From a virus (Duplodnaviria; Caudoviricetes), in the IMG/VR virus record IMGVR_UViG_3300038525_000015, positions 1 to 64,000 of that record: a stretch of DNA of 64,000 nucleotides; one strand, given 5' to 3'. The stretch's first letter is position 1; every line of letters starts with the position of its first letter. Below the pieces are notes generated by a model. It had not been told where the DNA came from. It saw nothing but the letters and a program-made list of their open reading frames with translations, and ran no database searches. Position numbers and translations under genes: made by a program. Shown one piece after another: positions 1 through 7,793 of the stretch.

Positions 1-764
1 TTCGGCTCACCACCCGCGCGAATGAACACCGGCAGGTTGGCATGCACCATGGCGTCGTAACGCGTGGCCTCGCTGAACCAGAGCATGAGTCGCGGATGTG
101 GCGCGAGCTTCTTGTAGCGGTGCAGCACCTGCTCATCGGCCAGGTTCGCAATGCTCTGCAACTCCAGCCCAGCCGGGGTTCGCCGTGCCTCGCAGCGTGC
201 CTCCGCAGCCTGCTCTTCGGCGCGCACCGCCAGCAGTTCGCGGACGTCCTTCACCAGGATTCTTTCCGCACCTGCGGTATGCCCCGCCCAGGTGAACACC
301 AGCAGACGCGGCGCCGCGTCGAAGGCCTGTATGTGCCGGGACACCTGCATCATGGAAAACCCAGCGCCCAGGGCCGTGCGCAGCAGACGCGGGCGCGCCG
401 ATTTCGCCAGATTCATTTCCAGGCGGGTGCGTTCCACCGTCGCGACAAGCGCATCCTTGAGGCGGTTGATTTCCTGCACCTGGCCCAGCAGACAATCCCT
501 GACCTCGAAAAAGCCCGGCAAGCGCATCACCGTACCCGGAGCCTGCCCCGCCTCCCGTTCCAGCATGGCCAGAGCCGCCTGCGCCGCCTGAATGGCTTCG
601 CTGCCGGTCAGGCGCTCGACCGGAATCACATCCGGCGCCCTCTGCTCCCGAAGCAACGGCAACCGCCAGGCTACACCCGACACAACCTGCTCCGGCCAAC
701 GGGCATTGAAACTCACCAGCGCCTCGCGCAGCTCGGCATGGGCATTACGGATGTCATCGTACAT
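1..764 (-). CDS. tus: Tus-like DNA replication terminus site-binding protein (C-terminus beyond left edge)
   Basis: Open frame from ATG 764 (GGAG RBS) to the window edge, absent from the ORF track. Translation MYDDIRNAHAEL... has VMRLPG, QEINRLKDAL, LVFTWAGH, HRYKKLAPHPRLMLW and HANLPVFI, which line up in order with E. coli Tus AVRLPG, QHINKLKTTF, LRFGWANKH, KRPVKVQPIARVWY and HACPTPLI. Confidence 0.7.
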   Translation of the reverse strand, partial: MYDDIRNAHAELREALVSFNARWPEQVVSGVAWRLPLLREQRAPDVIPVERLTGSEAIQAAQAALAMLEREAGQAPGTVMRLPGFFEVRDCLLGQVQEINRLKDALVATVERTRLEMNLAKSARPRLLRTALGAGFSMMQVSRHIQAFDAAPRLLVFTWAGHTAGAERILVKDVRELLAVRAEEQAAEARCEARRTPAGLELQSIANLADEQVLHRYKKLAPHPRLMLWFSEATRYDAMVHANLPVFIRAGGEP

Positions 765-941
765 GGCGCACTCCAGCGAACCCTGCCCTGTTGACTTGGG
801 CAGGGAGAGGGGGGAAAAGTGGCCGATATACATAAGGGGTGGTATTAAAAATTGCCAGCCTTATCTCTGCCAGGTCTCTTCGAAGAACGCACAACACATT
901 GAAACTCCGGGACTTTCAAGAACGCGTGTGCCTGCGTCACC

Positions 942-970
942 TTGCCTAAGCCAAGGCGCCTGTATATAGT
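942..970 (+). promoter_or_regulatory. sigma70-type promoter of tRNA-Leu
   Basis: TTGCCT-N17-TATAGT ending 21 nt upstream of the tRNA. Confidence 0.6.
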
Positions 971-991
971 CCGGCGTCTTTCTACCCCGCT

Positions 992-1077
992 GCCCGAATG
1001 GCGAAATGGTAGACGCAGGAGACTTAAAATCTCTCGCTCGCAAGAGTGTGCCGGTTCGAGTCCGGCTTCGGGCACCA
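992..1077 (+). tRNA. tRNA-Leu (anticodon UAA), intact, encoded CCA
   Basis: GCCCGAA/TTCGGGC acceptor stem, TGGTA D-loop, GGAGA-CTTAAAA-TCTCT anticodon arm, long variable arm, GGTTCGAGTCC T-arm, ACCA end. Confidence 0.97.
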
Positions 1078-1078
1078 G
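1018..1078 (+). repeat. att core (tRNA-Leu 3' end), left copy
   Basis: GGAGACTTAAAATCTC...TTCGGGCACCAG, identical at 49571-49631. Confidence 0.95.
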
Positions 1079-1118
1079 TGATCATGCGGGTTTCAGCAAT
1101 TTGGTGCCCTGACAGCTT

Positions 1119-1148
1119 GGTCCGCAATTTCTAGTCTGGTCCGCAATT
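1119..1148 (+). promoter_or_regulatory. Putative integrase arm-type sites
   Basis: GGTCCGCAATT twice (1119, 1138); same motif at 49461 and inverted at 49523-49531. Confidence 0.6.
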
Positions 1149-1205
1149 CTGCCGGCCGACACAGCCCAGCCGGGCAATCCGGCCTTGATTCGGGCGACCT
1201 ATCCC

Positions 1206-1466
1206 TTACTCACGAACACCCTGCCGCTCGATGCAATCCAGCACCTGGGCGGCACAGCTCAGCAGCTCGGCTTCCAGCTCATCCACCGCCCGCTGCCAGC
1301 CCTCATTGCTCAGCACTGCCGGGCGCCCCGGCAGCCGGCACGCCACCAGCGGGCACTCCGGCCGGCATGCGGTAGGCTCGGTGATCGGTTGTTTCGGGGC
1401 GCTCGTACAGCCCGCCGAGAGCAGCAGGCACAGGATTGCGCAGGTAGTCAGCAACAGCCGGGTCAT
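1206..1466 (-). CDS. o-spanin (Rz1-like lipoprotein)
   Basis: Lipobox LSAGC, Pro/Cys-rich, overlaps the i-spanin in another frame. Confidence 0.8.
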   Translation of the reverse strand: MTRLLLTTCAILCLLLSAGCTSAPKQPITEPTACRPECPLVACRLPGRPAVLSNEGWQRAVDELEAELLSCAAQVLDCIERQGVRE

Positions 1467-1755
1467 GGCGTTTCAGTTCCTCGATGGCAGCGGCCTGGGC
1501 GGCCGCGTTCTGGTTGATGTCCCGGGTGATCTCCCGCATCTGCCGGTCCAGCTCGGTGACCTGTCCGATCTGCCGCTGCTGCTCGGCCAGCACGCCGGCC
1601 TGCAGGGTGATCATGCGTTCGGCGTCAGCCAGGGACAGTTCGGCGCGGTCGGCGCGCTGTGCCTGCAGGTCGATGCGGGGCGACAGGCCCCACCAAGCCA
1701 GAGCGGCGCCGAGCAGGATCAGGGCGAGCGGCTTGGCGAGGGATAGCCAGTTCAT
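1303..1755 (-). CDS. i-spanin (Rz-like)
   Basis: N-terminal TM helix plus coiled coil, directly after the endolysin. Confidence 0.8.
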   Translation of the reverse strand: MNWLSLAKPLALILLGAALAWWGLSPRIDLQAQRADRAELSLADAERMITLQAGVLAEQQRQIGQVTELDRQMREITRDINQNAAAQAAAIEELKRHDPAVADYLRNPVPAALGGLYERPETTDHRAYRMPAGVPAGGVPAAGAPGSAEQ

Positions 1756-2279
1756 GCCTCACGCCCCGACACCGGCGCGCCGTCGAGCTGCGCCAGTCCA
1801 GCGGCCGGTACCGGCACGCCGGCAGGCCAGCGGTAGCCCGTCACGCGCGCCACCGGGAATGACCGGACGTTGACGGCATCCGATTGGTTGCCGCCCAGCA
1901 CCAGGATGTTGCCGGCCGCATCCCGGCCCACCACGAACCCGACGTGGCCACCGCCATCCCGGCTGAACACTGCCACGCAGCCGTGCACGGGCGATTTCAG
2001 CGGCACGCCCCATTCGAGGTACGAACGGGCGCTCTCGAAACGGGTCGAGCGGACGCCGGCGCGCTCGAGCATTGCGCCGACGAATGCGGCGCACCACGGG
2101 GTTTCGTCGTCCCGGATACCGCCCCGCTTGATGTCGCGCCACATCTGCAGGATCTCGGGCGCGTGCTGGGCGCCCTTGATTTCGTTCAGGCCGACCCATT
2201 TGCGGGCCTCGGCCAGCCAGGACGGCTCGACACGCGGGCGCGCGCCGGCCTCCCGGGGTCGGGTGAGTTGTTCAGTCAT
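1752..2279 (-). CDS. Endolysin, TIGR02594-like NlpC/P60-CHAP peptidoglycan hydrolase
   Basis: DETPWCAAFV ... GGGHVGFV ... LGGNQSDAV motifs; ATG 2279 with GGAG RBS; upstream of the spanins. Confidence 0.8.
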   Translation of the reverse strand: MTEQLTRPREAGARPRVEPSWLAEARKWVGLNEIKGAQHAPEILQMWRDIKRGGIRDDETPWCAAFVGAMLERAGVRSTRFESARSYLEWGVPLKSPVHGCVAVFSRDGGGHVGFVVGRDAAGNILVLGGNQSDAVNVRSFPVARVTGYRWPAGVPVPAAGLAQLDGAPVSGREA

Positions 2280-2335
2280 GGGTTTCTCCAGGCGTAAAAA
2301 AACCGCTGTGCGGGCTGTGATCGGTGTTGAGGCGG

Positions 2336-2647
2336 CTATGCAGGCAGCGGATAGCGGGCCTTGATCGCCTCGACCGCAGCCATCCACGCGGCGTAGTCGG
2401 GGGCGGCGCCACTCACCAGGGAGTCGTAGTCGGCCTCGTTCTTGAGGGGGTCGGATTCTGCAGCGTAAGCGCGGCGGCGCATGCCTTGCACTTGCTCCAG
2501 TGTGAGCGGGGTGGGCGGAGGATTCAGGTGCGCCTGAACCTCTTCCTCGGTCATAAGCACAAGGTCTGGCCGGATGGCATGGTCCTGCGAACCATCTGCC
2601 GCGTAGGCGTACACATCGCCGGTACTGGCATCTCGGTAGTACTTCAT
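2336..2647 (-). CDS. Tail fibre assembly chaperone
   Basis: MKYYRD...VYAY N-terminus and IKARYP C-terminus; follows the fibre gene. Confidence 0.65.
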   Translation of the reverse strand: MKYYRDASTGDVYAYAADGSQDHAIRPDLVLMTEEEVQAHLNPPPTPLTLEQVQGMRRRAYAAESDPLKNEADYDSLVSGAAPDYAAWMAAVEAIKARYPLPA

Positions 2648-2649
2648 GA

Positions 2650-3480
2650 TTACTGCTCCGCCCACTTCACAATTGAGCCACCGCCCGTTACCAGCAGCTT
2701 GTACTCGGCGCCCGGGTTTACCTGTGCATAAAGCTGGGTAGTGGCGTCGGTGTAGCTGACCATGTTGAAGCTCGCGCGCGCCATAATTACGCCATCAACC
2801 TCCAGGGACAGGGCTGACCCGTTTGTCGGCAGGACGGAAATGCTGATGTCTCGGGGGCGCGGGTCCGTATTTGTGTAGGTTACCCCGATGGCTCGGGATG
2901 CCGACACATCGACCCAGCCTTTGTCTACGCCCATCGCCCAGGCTATAACGCTAGCCAGCGTCGATGGTGCTACCGCAACATCGCTGAGCAGGCCTGCATC
3001 GATCTCCGCCTGCGTCCCGAAGCGCGCAACGCCCCGCTGGGTTTCAGTGGCACGCAGCGCGGACGACCCGACAACCCACCACTTACCTGCGCCGTCAGAT
3101 CGCAGACGCAGCCAGTCATCCCGGTACGGCAGCGACACGGATGCCTGCCCGGTCGGGCTGGCTACTGTGTCCAGCATGATCTTGTCGGTGGCATCTGCCG
3201 AAATGGTCGCGCTGTTTGCGCCCCCATCAACACGCCGCACGATCACGTCGCGGACGCCCAGTGCCGCATTGCTCTCGGGCAGAGTGACAGTCAGGCTGCC
3301 AGCAGTCGCATCGATCAGGACAAGCCCGAGCTGATTTGCAGTTAGTGCGGCGCTGGCGGTCAGCGTAGATACCGCGCCCACGATTCCGGCAATGAAATCG
3401 CGCTGATCCTCAAGCGCCTGTTTCATTTCCGCATTCGTGCGCTCGGCATTACTCAAATACCCGGGTGCAGGTAGTGCCAT
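2650..3480 (-). CDS. Tail fibre / receptor-binding protein
   Basis: ATETQRGVARFGTQAE fibre motif and WVDVSASRAIGVTYTN C-terminal domain. Confidence 0.7.
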   Translation of the reverse strand: MALPAPGYLSNAERTNAEMKQALEDQRDFIAGIVGAVSTLTASAALTANQLGLVLIDATAGSLTVTLPESNAALGVRDVIVRRVDGGANSATISADATDKIMLDTVASPTGQASVSLPYRDDWLRLRSDGAGKWWVVGSSALRATETQRGVARFGTQAEIDAGLLSDVAVAPSTLASVIAWAMGVDKGWVDVSASRAIGVTYTNTDPRPRDISISVLPTNGSALSLEVDGVIMARASFNMVSYTDATTQLYAQVNPGAEYKLLVTGGGSIVKWAEQ

Positions 3481-3488
3481 GTCGTCTC

Positions 3489-6254
3489 CTAGTAGCCCTG
3501 GATTCGGGCATCGATAATGGTTTCAACGGGATTTCCCAGCTCATCCAAGGTGCGAATTAGCGGGCCCAGCTCGGTGTTTTTGTCGACGATTTTTGCCGAA
3601 ACGGCGCCGGAGCCGTCGTCATGGATGGTCAGGCTGACCACGCGGATTCGGCGGTACGCCAGGGAGATCGGCAGGCGCGCCTCGCCGCCGACCACGCCGA
3701 ACGCCTCAATGACCTCGCTGACGTCCTCGACGTCGAGGATCATGCGGATGTCGCTAATGGTCGGCCTGGTGCCCGACTGCGACGACGGCACAATGACGCG
3801 GAACCGCATGCGTTGCCGGTTGCGCACGTCATCTGAGCCAGGCCACTCGGACCACTCCGCAGGGTCTGGCGCCCAGAAGTTCGCCCGGTCATCGCCCCAG
3901 GCCAGGTCGTCGTCTTCGCCCCAGATCTCGGAGCGGTCCGGGGCGATCCATTCGATTCGCAGGCCTGAAACGTTGGCGTCGAGGGCAATGGTGAGCTGCG
4001 CAGGCAGCGCCTCAGCCGGCGGCACGAAATCCCACTCATAGATCAGGCTCTCCCATGCAGGGCGCCAGAACAGGCCGTTGCCTGACGGAGCCCAGAACAC
4101 AGCATCGTTATCAGCCCAGAATCGCGTCGACTCGTTGGCGATCACGCCGGCCGGGGTGATCTCCCCGCCCGTGACGGCGCCCGTCCATCCCTCCGCCGCA
4201 TGACTGACCTCGTACACGATGTTCTGGACCGTAGGATCACCGATGCCGGTCGTGACGTAGGCCGACTCGCTCGCGTTTCCTGACCAGTCGATAGCGCGTA
4301 CCAGTATGGTGACGGTTCCGCTTGGCAGCTCATTAGCAGCCAGGCGAGTCGTAGTCAGGTAGCCCTCGTGCAGCTTGATCGCGTCGACCCAAGTTTTTCG
4401 CGTGCCTGGCTGATAGCGCGCCTCAAACCCCTTGAAGTCCAGCGGCGGGCTCGGGTAGCTCCAGGAGATCAGGCCGCTACGCAGCGTGACGCCGATGGGC
4501 CTGGGCGGCGGATTGTCCTGGCCGAGCAGGCTGTACGCGACCTCGACCCATTCGCTGGCAATTCCGATCCCGTTGCGCGATCGCACGCGGAACCGGTAGG
4601 CGCCAACCGTCAGGTCGTCGATCTCTGCCGTGGTTACCAGCAGGTCGCCGCCCGCCGGCCGCCAGCTCACGTCGGTCGCGGAGCGGAACTCCACCTCGAA
4701 CGACCGCGACTGCGGGCCGCCAGCCCCCCATGCCACGACGGCGCGGTTGCGGAACATCCCGTCCAGGCCGGTGTATAGCTGCTCTGTGACCGTGACGTTG
4801 ATCGGCGGCGCGACCGTGAATGGGTCCGGCAGGTTGACGGCCGGAGGCACATCTACGGCCAGCGCATCGGCCTCGGTCCAGGCCCATACGGCGGGCGCGT
4901 CCTCGCGCAGCACCACGCGCACGCCCTGGCGCAGGCTGATGGTGCAGTCCTCGACGCGGAACACCCGGCGATCCCAGCCAAGACTATCTACCGTCAGCGT
5001 TACTCGCGCGCCGGGCGCGATGGCCATCGCTCGGAATTTCAGCGTGCATTCCAGCATCAGGCCGTATCTGGTCTTTTCGAGATAGACCTTGGCCAGCCGG
5101 CGCGCCATCGTGCCGCTGTTGGTAAACGGGAAGTCGAACGACTGGTCAATTTCCTCCAGGTCCTCGGCGATGTACTCGCCCACCGCGAGCTGTACGAAAT
5201 CGACGGCGCTGTAGAGCTGAGACGGGTCAACAAACGTGCCCTTGGCGACGTTGAACCGGCCCGACTTCGGGGCGCGCGGGCTGAAATCCAGGCCGCCCAC
5301 CAGGTCGTCGGCGGTGAGGTCGATGCTCGGCTCTCGGTACTTGCCAGGGATCGCCCGCCACAGGCCGCCGCGGCGCTGGACGATCATGGCGCCGGCGTTC
5401 TGCAGGGTTTCCAGCACCTCCAGCGGCGGTTTGTTGAACGACTCGACGCCGTTGCAGGTGTAGCGCCGCTCGGTCCTGCCCGGGCCGGCCGGCACCAGCT
5501 CATCGGAGATATTGGCCGCCGCGATGAAGCTGGCCACATCGAGTGCAGTCCGCTGGATCTTCGCTCCGCGCGACCACGTCATGTAATCCAGAACGCACAG
5601 CGCGTGGTTGTCCGTGAAGCCGACCGTATCTGTGCGCGGGTCCCAGATGTCGTTCTTGCCGCGCACCACTGCCGAGATGTTCGGGATGCCGCTGTATTTG
5701 TCCTCCGCGTAGTCCAGGCGCACATACAGGTAGGTCTGGCCCAGCAGTTTGTCGCTGGCCGCCCAGCTCGGAATCTGCGCGACGACCTTCGGGTCTGCCG
5801 CGGTCTGGCCGCCCAGCTGCACGCTGAAATCAACCAGGCCGGCAAACGTTGACGTTACTGCATGGCCGCTGCCGGTCCATTGCAGGGCCAGCTCGTTGTC
5901 GAAATAGACGTCGCGGATCGAATCGCACGGGTGGGCGGCAAACACGACAATGATGTGCATGTAGCGGCTGTCACCGCCGCTCGCCTCCATCATCACGTAC
6001 TGGCCGCCGGTCTTGGCCGTGCCGTAGATGATCTGGCGGGGGTTGGCCGAGCCCCTGCTCGATACCTCGCGGTCCTTCATTGCGTCGAGACGGGCCTGGC
6101 GCGCGCGGCGCTCCGCCTCTTTTGCAGCCTCTTCGGCCTCCTTGGCCATGTCGTACATGTCCATGCCGAGGCCAAGAAAGCCGCCAGTAAGTGCGCCGCC
6201 AACACCGCCGAGCAGGAGGCCGCCGATTGCCCAATCTGTTGCGTTACTGCCCAT
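3489..6254 (-). CDS. Central tail tip / host-specificity protein (J-like, FN3 repeats)
   Basis: 921 aa; IIYGTAKTGG, RYTCNGV and YRFRVRSRNGIG motifs. Confidence 0.8.
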   Translation of the reverse strand: MGSNATDWAIGGLLLGGVGGALTGGFLGLGMDMYDMAKEAEEAAKEAERRARQARLDAMKDREVSSRGSANPRQIIYGTAKTGGQYVMMEASGGDSRYMHIIVVFAAHPCDSIRDVYFDNELALQWTGSGHAVTSTFAGLVDFSVQLGGQTAADPKVVAQIPSWAASDKLLGQTYLYVRLDYAEDKYSGIPNISAVVRGKNDIWDPRTDTVGFTDNHALCVLDYMTWSRGAKIQRTALDVASFIAAANISDELVPAGPGRTERRYTCNGVESFNKPPLEVLETLQNAGAMIVQRRGGLWRAIPGKYREPSIDLTADDLVGGLDFSPRAPKSGRFNVAKGTFVDPSQLYSAVDFVQLAVGEYIAEDLEEIDQSFDFPFTNSGTMARRLAKVYLEKTRYGLMLECTLKFRAMAIAPGARVTLTVDSLGWDRRVFRVEDCTISLRQGVRVVLREDAPAVWAWTEADALAVDVPPAVNLPDPFTVAPPINVTVTEQLYTGLDGMFRNRAVVAWGAGGPQSRSFEVEFRSATDVSWRPAGGDLLVTTAEIDDLTVGAYRFRVRSRNGIGIASEWVEVAYSLLGQDNPPPRPIGVTLRSGLISWSYPSPPLDFKGFEARYQPGTRKTWVDAIKLHEGYLTTTRLAANELPSGTVTILVRAIDWSGNASESAYVTTGIGDPTVQNIVYEVSHAAEGWTGAVTGGEITPAGVIANESTRFWADNDAVFWAPSGNGLFWRPAWESLIYEWDFVPPAEALPAQLTIALDANVSGLRIEWIAPDRSEIWGEDDDLAWGDDRANFWAPDPAEWSEWPGSDDVRNRQRMRFRVIVPSSQSGTRPTISDIRMILDVEDVSEVIEAFGVVGGEARLPISLAYRRIRVVSLTIHDDGSGAVSAKIVDKNTELGPLIRTLDELGNPVETIIDARIQGY

Positions 6255-6642
6255 GACAACTCCAGGCGCGCTTATGCCGGCCAGCGCTCACGCACAGGCC
6301 GTTAGCCGGTCCGATGGTGAGCGCTGACTCGATGTCAATGAAAATGCCCAGCGCTCCGATCCGGTGCACCGCGTCGTCCAGCAGAACGATGTCGCCAGGG
6401 CTGGCTGTTTCCGTTTCCGGCAGCACCGCAGACATCAGCGCGGCGACCGTGCCGAACCCTGCCTCGCGACCGCGCCGGTAGGCCTCGGCCTGGTTGCGAT
6501 AGCGCGTCACGCCAAGTCGTCGGGGGTCTACGCCGCAGCGCAGCAGCGCCCAGCGCGAAACGAACACGAAACAGTCGTTGTGGCCCCAGGCAAACGGCAC
6601 GCCCACGTAGGCCTCGGCGAACGCTTCAAGCTCGCGCCACAA
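6244..6642 (-). CDS. Tail-associated NlpC/P60-like protein
   Basis: PFAWGHNDC motif; probable TTG start at 6642. Confidence 0.65.
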   Translation of the reverse strand: MWRELEAFAEAYVGVPFAWGHNDCFVFVSRWALLRCGVDPRRLGVTRYRNQAEAYRRGREAGFGTVAALMSAVLPETETASPGDIVLLDDAVHRIGALGIFIDIESALTIGPANGLCVSAGRHKRAWSCHGQ

Positions 6643-7207
6643 ACCACGCCCTGGCCGGCCAGATGAATTGCCGCTTTTCGAGCTGAGCCACGAAGCGAAA
6701 TCCAGTGTCGCCTGGGTATTGGGCGCGCTGCTCCTGATCGGTGTATCGCTCAATTCGAGGGCGCTCCCAGTCTGCGATCTCATCCGCGCAGGTGATGTTG
6801 ATCGACGACTCTGCCCCGTAACGGCACTGGACCTGATCGATCCGGCCGGCGAAGAACAGGAAAGGTTCGCCGATGATTTCGTGGAACTCGTTGAGGACGG
6901 CCAGGTGCACATAGGCGGGCCGGTTGAAGTAGTTGCTGTTCAGCGCCGCCGACAACAACTCCGATCGGACGCCGCTCAGCGTCACCTGGAACCACTGCGG
7001 GTCCAGGCTGCTCGACTCGGCCAGCTGGTCGATGTCGCCCAGGTTGCCGAACCCGACGTACTCGACGCCGTCGAACGTGACCGGGTCGAACAGGCTGCTG
7101 AACGCCAGCATTCCCTCGTCCAGCTCGAAGCGCACGAACGCAGCGAACCGGACTACGGGATCGGCAAGAGCCGCCAACGCATCCGGGTGAATGATCCGGT
7201 CAGACAT
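6626..7207 (-). CDS. Minor tail protein (L-like)
   Basis: RYTDQEQRAQYPGDTGFRFV motif; position in the tail-tip cluster. Confidence 0.7.
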   Translation of the reverse strand: MSDRIIHPDALAALADPVVRFAAFVRFELDEGMLAFSSLFDPVTFDGVEYVGFGNLGDIDQLAESSSLDPQWFQVTLSGVRSELLSAALNSNYFNRPAYVHLAVLNEFHEIIGEPFLFFAGRIDQVQCRYGAESSINITCADEIADWERPRIERYTDQEQRAQYPGDTGFRFVAQLEKRQFIWPARAWFVARA

Positions 7208-7793
7208 CCAGCACCTCGATGCAGTCGAACGACATGGCGTACAGGCTCGGCGCCGTGATGCCCCAGGCCGCCCGGTCATCCGCCAGGCGCATTACGCAGG
7301 ACGGGCTGTCGACGACCACGGGTGTGCCAACCGCCGGCGTGCGACGCATGGGCGGCGCGATGTGCAGGGTGGCGCGGCCGAATGCGTCAGCCGCGGCAGG
7401 CTCGGTGATCATCTTCAGCTCGTTGCCGATGGCGATGTAGTCGCCGACTTCCAGGGCCAGCGGCTGGTTGGGCGTCCAGCCCTCGGTCTCCAGCTCGACG
7501 GATGACGTCACGCTGGCAATTGCCGGAGCGCCAAGCGCAGTTCCAGCATTCGGCTCCAGCACGGACATGCGGAACATGCCAGCCCTACCGCCCAGGCGCG
7601 CCAAGAACGCGCGCATCAGCCGGGCATCCCTGCCCTGCAGGATCGGGAATCGCAGCGATGCAGCCCACCGAGCCCCAGGCATCGCCGCCACCTGCGTGGC
7701 GCCAGACAGATCCGACTCAAACGACTGGCTGTTGTGCTGCAGCCGAAACTCGCAGCTCGCCGGCAGTACGTCCGGGAAATCCAGAACCGCCAT
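7200..7793 (-). CDS. Distal tail protein
   Basis: Follows the tape measure gene; GARWAASL, GDYIAIG motifs. Confidence 0.6.
   Translation of the reverse strand: MAVLDFPDVLPASCEFRLQHNSQSFESDLSGATQVAAMPGARWAASLRFPILQGRDARLMRAFLARLGGRAGMFRMSVLEPNAGTALGAPAIASVTSSVELETEGWTPNQPLALEVGDYIAIGNELKMITEPAAADAFGRATLHIAPPMRRTPAVGTPVVVDSPSCVMRLADDRAAWGITAPSLYAMSFDCIEVLDV

Noticed and set aside
42-794. 250-aa plus-strand ORF and 188-aa minus-strand ORF (133-699) from the track
   Set aside because: Shadow frames of the Tus-like gene, which the track missed because it has no stop inside the window.
765-990. Possible Ter site upstream of the tus-like gene (ACAACA at about 890)
   Set aside because: Only 6 nt match the TTACAACATACT core; the flanks do not fit, so chance cannot be excluded.
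2336-6254. Tail-fibre diversification (DGR or invertible shufflon)
   Set aside because: No reverse transcriptase, no template/variable repeat pair, no invertase or inverted crossover sites seen.
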